Counted from the stretch's first letter, positions 8,701 to 15,220 are shown. The stretch is 18,126 nt of DNA from Candidatus Heimdallarchaeota archaeon (GCA_030614005.1 JAUWKS010000064.1:1-18126), one strand, 5' to 3'. Made by a program: numbers and translations. The notes: a model not told the origin generated them from the sequence alone.

Positions 8701-9114
8701 ACAGGTATCTATAACAATGATACAGATTTAGATTTATTATCAGATGGTCAAGAAGTGCATATTTATGGAACCAACCCTCTTGATGCAGATACCGACGCGG
8801 ACACTTTAACTGATTGGGAGGAACTTATGAAATATCATACGAGCCCATTCTTAGAAGATACCGATTCGGATGGTTTCTCTGATAGAGATGAAATTCTTGC
8901 AGGAACAGATCCTAATGACCCCACTGATAATTTACGCTCAAGACAATTGCGAATAGCTTTGATAGCCTCCATTGTCCCTGTTATTTCTGTTCTAACTTTG
9001 GTTATTTTTGTTGAAGTTCGATATAGAAGTCAAGTCAAAAAACAAAAAGAATCGGAACAAGAAGAGCTTGAAAAAGTTGAGGCTATTTTAAATGATATGA
9101 GGAATAATGATTAA
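5752..9114 (+). CDS. Large type-I membrane surface glycoprotein: signal peptide, about 14 BNR/Asp-box-like propeller blades, 10 TSP3-like Ca-binding repeats, C-terminal TM, charged tail
   Basis: GTG start at 5752 (or ATG at 5761). Signal-like KILSIFALLFILSAIL; recurring hhhD..g.lHhhw motif; Asp-box YRSKDVGEDW; DTDxD repeats; TM IALIASIVPVISVLTLVIFV; about 21 N-x-S/T sequons. Confidence 0.9.
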   Translation: MKCMKKASHYSKILSIFALLFILSAILPQISQSNFQLSAALQLEEEFVVQQDDIKVPVEVEEDIFDTDLISDSINDSTAIFGESVRITNFKLQETDYAVALGENGTTHCIWFQYLTHIGLSLMYSYSNDSVNWIVPEVVFRLVTEVKLPQLLLDTEGGIHIVFYAYRSYHYRLYYFQSPSYNLNFSRELIYDSFNFEIAELALVLTHNDTVNVVWKSESDSSSSVQWDSHVGILRLNLTTGLWLSEPWILFNESEPIHIGVSSTFDSLRIVWSKSTNFVADYYLFYSQYNETTKSWNAHTEIASSVDKIEGLFIFPKLTGGNFLLWVERPKYYTMCYGELLESETLINVYKQFNANKTSSYHATLVEDSFTDDIHLVYEQVVSLKYSLYQRKLFASNSTWSEGALISTNEYSQRPDFYSQSNSSTSIAFLFYLSDGSIVSRNYSKSETFSAELPIYFGGQNFYFQSVVVDSEGILHMICHHQNRYADGIFYQRKLMNETLWTGFTSVVGGLYDITNTNLLIDENDTLYAFYISLDLGSSRTGLYMMIKNKNQNNWSSPKLLFTPPKSINLFEERSIFFDEQLNLHAFWVQYNENDEIYEIGYSMRPFNEENFTDPISMPTYQEESHNYQLHAIAEPDGTLHLVNVEYSELFQVTSIIYRSKDVGEDWTNPLIVFASYNLMARPKLISDSEGNLELFLTDSILLSHYQNIYDTDFRSLSKAKGGFWVDNGIFLYETGSAAYYDIITIGEELHMVYYELDFMINYWRATTLDYLKVIKRTAAGQWTDDTTIFYHQMEKSLPVLIYNNVTEEISIFFEMVDYINCIVLQNDTDQDGLGTFDEIFYLTDPLNPDTDGDGLQDGFEVKGNYTNPALFDTDWDDLSDGEEVLIYKCDPQKGDTDRDNLRDGDEVLIYGTDPTTRDTDKDLLNDDIEIFVLGSNPLSNDTDGDGMDDHFEYMNSLLILIDDSLEDPDEDDLSNIDEYLIGTGIYNNDTDLDLLSDGQEVHIYGTNPLDADTDADTLTDWEELMKYHTSPFLEDTDSDGFSDRDEILAGTDPNDPTDNLRSRQLRIALIASIVPVISVLTLVIFVEVRYRSQVKKQKESEQEELEKVEAILNDMRNND
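8233..8922 (+). repeat. Ten tandem protein-level TSP3-like Ca-binding repeats
   Basis: Units starting DTDQD, DTDGD, DTDWD, DTDRD, DTDKD, DTDGD, DPDED, DTDLD, DTDAD, DTDSD, each about 22-26 aa. Confidence 0.85.
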
Positions 9115-9122
9115 TAATTATC

Positions 9123-10112
9123 TTATTCAGCTATCATTTTTTCTATTCTTTTCTTTGCATAACTTACATTTTCTTCTGTTGGATGAAAATTTATCCAACC
9201 AACAGCTAGGCTAGACATTTCATTAATAATGGAGATTATTCTTTCTTCAAGTTTGTACTCGTTTAAGTTATCAAATTTACCTTTCGAATACTTTGTAAAA
9301 AATAAATCTTTTAATTTTTTATCAAGAGGAAATTCTTCATTCACCCCTATGAGATCAACAATTGGATTTCCTGCTGCTGCCCATTCAAAATCAATAATTG
9401 CTTTAACTTCACATTCTTGATTTATTATGATATTTCCAAAATGTAAATCATTGTGAATCAAGGTTGGTTTGAAATCCAAGTGAATATTTACTATATTATC
9501 TTCGACGAATTTTGCTGCTTTTGTTACAAGCTTTATTGGCAAAAGATTTTTCGGACCAATTATTCTTGCATATCTCCTAATATTCGATATGATCATTCTC
9601 TCATAAGTATAAAATTTCCTTGGACAGTCAAACTCTTCGATATCACCAAACATTTCATATTTTATTGAATGTATTGACCGAATGATATCTGCTAATTGAA
9701 TGACAATTTTTTCTTTCTCTTCTTCATTAAGATTTGACCAGATATTTTCTAATAGTTTCCCCTCTACAAACTCAGTTATGATAAATTTGTAACCTATTTT
9801 TTTTTCATCCTTTTCAATATGAATAACTTCAGGTACAGGTACTTTTCGATACTCTTTTGCAGAAAATTTATGTGATTCTTCTAGCTGCTTGAACTGTACT
9901 AATATATCTGCTTCTTTCTCCAACCTGTAATATTCATGTTCAGCTGCAGGTTTTCTTGTTAAGATTTTTAGTATGTATTTCTTTTTTTCAACTTCAAATG
10001 TTACATGATGATTTACTGTTGGATCAAGTAATATTTTGATTTTTTCTATTTTTTCAGTATGAAATTTTTCTGACAAAAAAGCTTTTATTTTGTCTAGATT
10101 TAATTGATTCAA
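9123..10112 (-). CDS. Aminoglycoside-phosphotransferase/choline-kinase-like (APH family) kinase
   Basis: TTG start with upstream GGTGA. KYILKI (catalytic Lys), LEKEAD, VPVPEVI, ITEFVEG, HNDLHFGNII (catalytic loop) and IIDFEWA (Mg-binding). Substrate unknown. Confidence 0.9.
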   Translation of the reverse strand: MNQLNLDKIKAFLSEKFHTEKIEKIKILLDPTVNHHVTFEVEKKKYILKILTRKPAAEHEYYRLEKEADILVQFKQLEESHKFSAKEYRKVPVPEVIHIEKDEKKIGYKFIITEFVEGKLLENIWSNLNEEEKEKIVIQLADIIRSIHSIKYEMFGDIEEFDCPRKFYTYERMIISNIRRYARIIGPKNLLPIKLVTKAAKFVEDNIVNIHLDFKPTLIHNDLHFGNIIINQECEVKAIIDFEWAAAGNPIVDLIGVNEEFPLDKKLKDLFFTKYSKGKFDNLNEYKLEERIISIINEMSSLAVGWINFHPTEENVSYAKKRIEKMIAE

Positions 10113-10166
10113 TTTCTAAATCACCGAATGAATTTAATATTTTGAATTATTGTATCTTTATAATAG

Positions 10167-10179
10167 TAATCATTGATTA
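10167..10179. promoter_or_regulatory. Short perfect palindrome in the divergent kinase/isomerase intergenic region
   Basis: TAATCA-t-TGATTA. AT-rich, so it may be chance. Confidence 0.25.
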
Positions 10180-10213
10180 TTTTATGAAAATAGTTGTAAT
10201 TTGAGGTTGTATT

Positions 10214-11038
10214 GTGAAAATCGGCACATCATTTCTTTTGAACTTTAAGGAAAACATTTCTATTTTTGATTTCATAAAAAAGTCACATAAAATGGGTTTA
10301 CAAGTTGTGGAATTAGTAGCAGAACCTCCTTATTGTTTCATTGAAAGTATTGATGAAATAACTCGAGCAGAAATAAAGGAATTTGCAAAAAAGTTTGTTA
10401 TTGAATTAACAGTTCATTCAGTTTTCTCAGACATCAATATTGCAGCAATAAATGAAAATATGCGTAATTTTTCTTTACAACAAATTAAAAATAGTATTGA
10501 TTTTGCTGTAGACATTGGTGCAAAAATAGTTACTATACATCCCGGGGATTTTGGTGCAATCGGTGCTTCTTATCCAAAAATAACCCAAGAAAGAAATGTT
10601 AAATCTATTGCAGAACTAACGAAATATGCTTCTGAAAGAGATGTTATCGTAGGATTAGAAAATATGCCTATTATGCCAATGAATCAACTTGAAGATGCAA
10701 TTTCTCCACATAATATACTGAAAATTGTTAATACCATCGATTCAGCAAATCTGAGGATTACCTGGGATGTTGGGCATTCTCATACCACAAAATATTCCTT
10801 TGATGAATTTTTCAACTCTTTTAAAGATCACGTTGTTCATTTTCATTTACACGATAATCTCGGACCAATAGAAGGTTGGTGTGATACACATCTTGAAGTT
10901 GGTAAAGGAACAATAAATTGGAAATCTTTTTGCGAGCAAATTTCTGTCTTGAATACAGATATAACAATGGTTTTCGAACTTGATACTTGGGAAAAAATAA
11001 AGAATTCCTTTGAAATAATAAAAAAACATTTGAACTAA
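10214..11038 (+). CDS. Sugar phosphate isomerase/epimerase, xylose-isomerase-like TIM barrel (AP endonuclease 2 family)
   Basis: GTG start with upstream GAGGT. Motifs VEL, LTVHS, TIHPG, GLENMP, WDVGHSH, HFHLHDN, DTHLEVGKG, VFEL. Confidence 0.9.
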   Translation: MKIGTSFLLNFKENISIFDFIKKSHKMGLQVVELVAEPPYCFIESIDEITRAEIKEFAKKFVIELTVHSVFSDINIAAINENMRNFSLQQIKNSIDFAVDIGAKIVTIHPGDFGAIGASYPKITQERNVKSIAELTKYASERDVIVGLENMPIMPMNQLEDAISPHNILKIVNTIDSANLRITWDVGHSHTTKYSFDEFFNSFKDHVVHFHLHDNLGPIEGWCDTHLEVGKGTINWKSFCEQISVLNTDITMVFELDTWEKIKNSFEIIKKHLN

Positions 11039-11059
11039 ATTACACTTCTTTTATGGCGG

Positions 11060-11503
11060 TTATTTTTGCAAAAACTTTTCGTACCGTTCTAAAATATCAC
11101 TTTGTTTTTCATCTTTAAGAAAGTCGATGAAATTTCTTAAGCTTGAAACAGTTTCTTTCGAAAGATTATGTTCCAATATGCAGCAATCTATATTAGCTAT
11201 TTCAGAATTTACTCCAATTATTATTAGGAATGTCTTCCATATTTCGTGTCGATCTTTTACTTTTATGGCAATTTCTTCTCCTTGTTCAGTGAGGGTAATT
11301 GTCCCATATTTTTCATAGTGAACTAATTTATGTTTTTTCAATTTTGAAACCATTTCTGTAACGCTAGCTTTACTCACTTTCAAAAAATGGGCAATTTCTG
11401 TAACTTGGGCAAATCCTTTTTTTTCACTTATAACAAGAATACTTTCTAGATAATCTTCTATTGTTGCTGTTATTATTAACTTGTTAACTGTTGTTGTATT
11501 CAA
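11060..11503 (-). CDS. mntR: DtxR/MntR-family metal-dependent transcriptional regulator (short form, no C-terminal SH3/FeoA domain)
   Basis: TTG start with upstream AGGTGG. IEDYLE, HTH IAHFLKVSKASVTEMVSKL, YGTITLTEQG, RHE, CILEH. The symbol is family-level only. Confidence 0.92.
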   Translation of the reverse strand: MNTTTVNKLIITATIEDYLESILVISEKKGFAQVTEIAHFLKVSKASVTEMVSKLKKHKLVHYEKYGTITLTEQGEEIAIKVKDRHEIWKTFLIIIGVNSEIANIDCCILEHNLSKETVSSLRNFIDFLKDEKQSDILERYEKFLQK

Positions 11504-11537
11504 AATTTATTATCCACCTATTACAAGACAATAACTG

Positions 11538-11551
11538 TTAGGTTGACCTAA
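11538..11551. promoter_or_regulatory. DtxR/SirR/MntR-type operator palindrome
   Basis: TTAGGT-tg-ACCTAA: perfect 6-bp arms and 13/14 identical to the SirR/MntR box TTAGGTTAACCTAA; 35 bp upstream of a DtxR-family gene. Confidence 0.8.
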
Positions 11552-11575
11552 TAAATCTACTTGTCTAGATTTATT
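11550..11575. promoter_or_regulatory. Second perfect inverted repeat abutting the DtxR-type box
   Basis: AATAAATCTA-cttgtc-TAGATTTATT (10-bp arms, 6-bp spacer). Confidence 0.55.
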
Positions 11576-11683
11576 CTTAACCAAATTAGAAGAAAAAATT
11601 TTTATTATAGCAAAATTTATCTTTTTTAAATTTGTAGTCAGAGGTACTAACCTGAATTTGTCGTAAAAGAAGATCTTCAGTGG

Positions 11684-12574
11684 TTGGTAAAGAAACAAAA
11701 GAAGGATAAGAATTTGTCAAAAAAAGATCAGCAACCTAGTAGAATAAGAATTGGTATATTGAAATTAGGCAATATCGCATCATCTGTTTTATTGGAAATG
11801 ATACTAGATGAACGTGCAGATAGATTAGATATTGATGTTCGTACAATCTCCTCTGGAGCAAAGTTGGAGAAGGACTCAATTAATGATGCATTTAATATCT
11901 CTACCACAATTGACAAAGATTTACTGATAATAGCAACTCCAAATGCTTCATTAAAAAACCCGATGGAAGTAATTTTACGTGCAAGAGAAGCCAATACACC
12001 AGTAATCGTTTTAACTGATATCCTGAAAAAAGAATCAATTGAGATTTTGAAGGAAAAAGGAATTGGCTATTTTGTTGTTAAACCGGATGCTATGATTGGC
12101 GCTCGTAGAGAATTTCTTGACCCTGTTGAAATGGCTCTCTTTAATTCAGATCTGCTAAAAGTTCTCGCTATTGGTGGAGTATTTAATATTTTATATCAAG
12201 AAATTGACAAGGTTATTTCTCAGATGAAAAAGAACGAGAAGATCATTCTTCCCCAATTAGCAATTACTCCGACTATTGCAGCGACAAGTGCTGGTTTTGC
12301 AAATCCATATGCTGAAGCAAAAGCGAAAGCCGCCTTAATAATTGCTCAACGTGTTGCTGCGATAAACACAGAAGGTTGTTTTAAAATTAAAGACCGTTTA
12401 GAATACATCGCTCAAGTAGCAACTGGTCATGAAATGATGCGAAACGCTGCTAAGCTTGCAGACGAAGCTCGCGAAATTGAAAAGTCAAATAATAAAGTCC
12501 GAAGACAACCTCACAGTTATGAGGGCGATATCCAGGATAAACGTTTGCTTACAGAAAAGCCAAGTTCTAATTAA
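11684..12574 (+). CDS. mtd: F420-dependent methylenetetrahydromethanopterin dehydrogenase
   Basis: TTG start. Mtd signatures IGILKLGNI, LDERADR, SGAK, KPDAMIGARREFLDPVEMALFNSD, FANPYAEAKAKAA, EGCF, HEMMRNAAKLADEAREIEKSN, R.PH. Confidence 0.96.
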   Translation: MVKKQKKDKNLSKKDQQPSRIRIGILKLGNIASSVLLEMILDERADRLDIDVRTISSGAKLEKDSINDAFNISTTIDKDLLIIATPNASLKNPMEVILRAREANTPVIVLTDILKKESIEILKEKGIGYFVVKPDAMIGARREFLDPVEMALFNSDLLKVLAIGGVFNILYQEIDKVISQMKKNEKIILPQLAITPTIAATSAGFANPYAEAKAKAALIIAQRVAAINTEGCFKIKDRLEYIAQVATGHEMMRNAAKLADEAREIEKSNNKVRRQPHSYEGDIQDKRLLTEKPSSN

Positions 12575-12582
12575 TACGAGGT

Positions 12583-13257
12583 TTGAGAAGTCAAATGCCA
12601 TTACTACTTGATGAATTATTTACTTGTCCAAATTGTTCAGTAGTCTTTCAATCAAAGATCCTTGAGAGCTATAATACTTTTGGAGCCTGTTATAGTGACC
12701 TGTATATCGCAAGTGAGGAAGACCCACAACACGTTTTGCTTTTAATCAATATTTGTCCAAAATGTGGTTTTTCTGCTTTCACAGCAGATTACAAATCATT
12801 TCAAAAAGAAGATTTGGTACATTTTGATGAAGCATTAAAATTTGTTGAAAAATTTACTCAAAAGGCTTTCACTGAATTTAATGCTGGTGATGGATATTTA
12901 TTGATCAGTGAATATTCAAAAAATTTAAGTAAGGAACAAAAATCGTTCACTCAAATGCAAGCATGTCATTCCTATCGATTTCTTGGTGATAAAAATCTCG
13001 AGAAAACCAGACAAATCGTTCTAGAATCTACTATGGATATTTTGAATGAGGGGACTTTCCAAAAAAACCCAGAGGAATTATACCTCTATATAGCAGGAGA
13101 ATTGAACAGATTATTAGGAAATACCCAAAAAGCAAATGATTACTTTCAAAAAGCATTAGAAAAAGCAGAAAAAGAGTCATTTGTTTACAGAATAACAATT
13201 CACCAGTTATCAAATCCAAATGAAATACTTCCAAAAAAGATATTTGGTAAAAATTGA
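12583..13257 (+). CDS. DUF2225-like protein (two CxxC motifs plus C-terminal TPR-like helices)
   Basis: FTCPNC...F, SDL, ICPKCGFSA, and TPR-like LYLYIAGELNRLLGNTQKANDYFQKAL. Starts 8 nt after the mtd stop; ATG 12595 is an alternative start. Confidence 0.8.
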   Translation: MRSQMPLLLDELFTCPNCSVVFQSKILESYNTFGACYSDLYIASEEDPQHVLLLINICPKCGFSAFTADYKSFQKEDLVHFDEALKFVEKFTQKAFTEFNAGDGYLLISEYSKNLSKEQKSFTQMQACHSYRFLGDKNLEKTRQIVLESTMDILNEGTFQKNPEELYLYIAGELNRLLGNTQKANDYFQKALEKAEKESFVYRITIHQLSNPNEILPKKIFGKN

Positions 13258-13388
13258 AGGATGATTTAAAATTACAAAATTACCTTATAACAAAAATTTA
13301 AAGGTAGCAATTCTATTAATAAATCATCTTAAATAGTACAAAATATTTCATTGAATATATCATTTAGAATGCAAGGTGAATACTCAGA

Positions 13389-13988
13389 ATGTCTGCAGCA
13401 ATCAAAGAAGCATTTTTTAAAGTGCTGGTAGTAGGGGATGGTGCAGTTGGTAAAACAAGTTTATGTACTCAAGCAACAACACAAGAATTTTTTTCAGATT
13501 ATAATTTAACTGTTGGATGTGATTTTTTTATCAAAAGGCTTTACGTAAATGATGTAAGTGTAACTTTGCAACTCTTTGATATTGGTGGTCAGGATCAATT
13601 TCGAAAAATGCGTCAAGCTTTTTCCGGTGGCGCTAAAGGTATTTTTCTTACTTATGATATTACACGTCGTGACAGTTTCTATAACCTAGAGCAATGGTAC
13701 AAATCCGTAAAGGAAGACCTCGACTCCCGTGCTCCTAAATTTCTAATTTCAACAAAAAATGATCTTAAAGAGTCAGCAGAGATTTGGAAAGAGGACGTAA
13801 CTGCATTTAAAGATAAAATCTCTTTTGAAGCCTCTTTTGAAACTTCCGCATATATGGGCGAAGGAATAAATGAAGCTTTTGAAGCAATGGGATCAATGTT
13901 GCTTTCTAGATATGATAAAGATGAATATACTAAATCAGCTCAAAAAATGAAATTTTTGGAAGGAGCCTATCGAGGAATTCGAGACTGA
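13389..13988 (+). CDS. Rab-like small GTPase (Asgard-type, no C-terminal prenylation motif)
   Basis: G1 GDGAVGKT, G2 TVG, G3 DIGGQ, G4 TKND, G5 ETSA; RabF-like VGCDF, LQLFD and LTYDIT; upstream AGGTGA. Confidence 0.95.
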   Translation: MSAAIKEAFFKVLVVGDGAVGKTSLCTQATTQEFFSDYNLTVGCDFFIKRLYVNDVSVTLQLFDIGGQDQFRKMRQAFSGGAKGIFLTYDITRRDSFYNLEQWYKSVKEDLDSRAPKFLISTKNDLKESAEIWKEDVTAFKDKISFEASFETSAYMGEGINEAFEAMGSMLLSRYDKDEYTKSAQKMKFLEGAYRGIRD

Positions 13989-14034
13989 ATTCTAATAGTT
14001 TCTCTGAAAGAGCATTTAAATTGAATTCAATAAC

Positions 14035-14050
14035 ATGAGAAAATACTCAT
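14035..14050. promoter_or_regulatory. Candidate ArsR/SmtB-family operator upstream of arsC
   Basis: ATGAG-aaaata-CTCAT has the TGA-N8-TCA geometry typical of SmtB/CzrA operators. It lies 28 bp before the arsC ATG. Confidence 0.5.
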
Positions 14051-14078
14051 TGACAAATAATTGAGAAGTAAGATTAAA

Positions 14079-14483
14079 ATGAAGCAAATTTATTTTTTAT
14101 GCATTGGTAACTCTAGTCGCAGTCAAATTGCTGAGGGTTATGCAAAACAATTAGGTAAAGGTTTAATTAAAGTAAAAAGTGGAGGAACCAAACCCGCTTC
14201 TAAGGTAAGCTCTAATGCCATTTTAGTTATGAAGGAAGATGGTATTGATCTTTCAAATCACTATCCTAAAAAAATGGACATTGAATTTGCAAAACAATCT
14301 GATTTTGTTGTGATAATGGGTTGTGGTGCAGAAAAAATGTGTCCTGCTTGGGTTGTAAGTAAATCTGAAAATTGGGATTTAGAAGATACGAAGGACCAAG
14401 ATGTAGACTTTTATCGAAAAACTAGGGATTCAATAAAAATGCATGTACTAGAATTACTCGAGAGAATTAAAAAAGAAAAATAG
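14079..14483 (+). CDS. arsC: Arsenate reductase ArsC, LMW-PTP fold, thioredoxin-coupled type
   Basis: P-loop CIGNSSRS (CX5R), SQIAEG, SGGTKP, resolving cysteines MGCGAEKMCP, W.LED. ATG 14079 is preferred over TTG 14061. Confidence 0.85.
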   Translation: MKQIYFLCIGNSSRSQIAEGYAKQLGKGLIKVKSGGTKPASKVSSNAILVMKEDGIDLSNHYPKKMDIEFAKQSDFVVIMGCGAEKMCPAWVVSKSENWDLEDTKDQDVDFYRKTRDSIKMHVLELLERIKKEK

Positions 14484-14488
14484 TTAAT

Positions 14489-14518
14489 AAAATAAGATCA
14501 GTTAATTGACCTTATTTT
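14489..14518. terminator. Probable bidirectional terminator between convergent genes
   Basis: AAAATAAG-aTCAgttaatTGAc-CTTATTTT hairpin fills the 35-nt gap between the arsC stop and the convergent stop; both directions end in T tracts. Confidence 0.55.
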
Positions 14519-15220
14519 TTATTGTTTAACATAGCTACCGCATTTTTGACAATAAACCGTGTTTGAATCAATTTTTTCTCCACAAGTTGGGCAGATGGTA
14601 TTGCTTGACTTAGTCTCCTCTTTCTCATCAACAACTTCTACTACCTCCACATTGTGGTATTTTCCTTGCTTCTTGGCAGTCTTCATTTTTTCTTTAACAG
14701 ATTTTTTCTCCATTCGCTCTTGATCCTGAACGCCTCGTTTGTATCTCATTTCAGGGCAATCATTCACTAGTTTTTTCCAGTTGCCAAAAGTTATTCTATA
14801 ATACACATTGGTCATTAATTTCCATTCTTCAATATAATAGAAAATTGGGAAAATCATTGCTACTGAAACGATATTTAGAATCCAAGCGATAAAAGCAACG
14901 ATGTACCCGAAATAAACGTAATATAAACACCAGAAATCAAACCACACTTCATCTTTTTCATGAATTGCCCCGTATAGATAAGCAGAGTTGAAATAAACCC
15001 ATCCATACAAGAATTTTGGTGGTCTCCCTCTTGAAAGAATTGAGAGAATGTAGTATGGCAGTAAAAACACATGCCCTACATACATTATAGTGTTAAAGAT
15101 AAAAGCTACTAGAGGTGCATATGTAAAAAAAGCCCACGTCACTCTTTTTGGAAGACATACTTTTCGAAAGATTGGTAAATCAAAATCGTATTGTTCTGTT
15201 ATTTCCGACAGTTTAACCAC
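14519..15220 (-). CDS. Membrane protein with internal duplication and C-terminal zinc ribbon
   Basis: GTG start. Two aromatic-rich hydrophobic segments, each with P exactly 17 residues after the V of VAFI; Lys/Glu-rich linker; C-terminal CPTCG...CQKCG. Confidence 0.82.
   Translation of the reverse strand: MVKLSEITEQYDFDLPIFRKVCLPKRVTWAFFTYAPLVAFIFNTIMYVGHVFLLPYYILSILSRGRPPKFLYGWVYFNSAYLYGAIHEKDEVWFDFWCLYYVYFGYIVAFIAWILNIVSVAMIFPIFYYIEEWKLMTNVYYRITFGNWKKLVNDCPEMRYKRGVQDQERMEKKSVKEKMKTAKKQGKYHNVEVVEVVDEKEETKSSNTICPTCGEKIDSNTVYCQKCGSYVKQ

Noticed and set aside
381-8922. CRISPR array or DNA tandem repeat from recurring GATAC(A/C)GAT
   Set aside because: The repeats are conserved at protein level with synonymous variation. 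There are no identical direct repeats with unique spacers and no cas genes.
9123-10112. Antibiotic-resistance gene call
   Set aside because: The APH fold is shared by many metabolic kinases, and there is no mobile context or specific resistance signature.
11510-11698. 62-aa minus-strand ORF spanning the mntR-mtd gap
   Set aside because: It overlaps the operators, the mntR SD and the mtd start, and has no protein-like features. The region is better explained as regulatory DNA.
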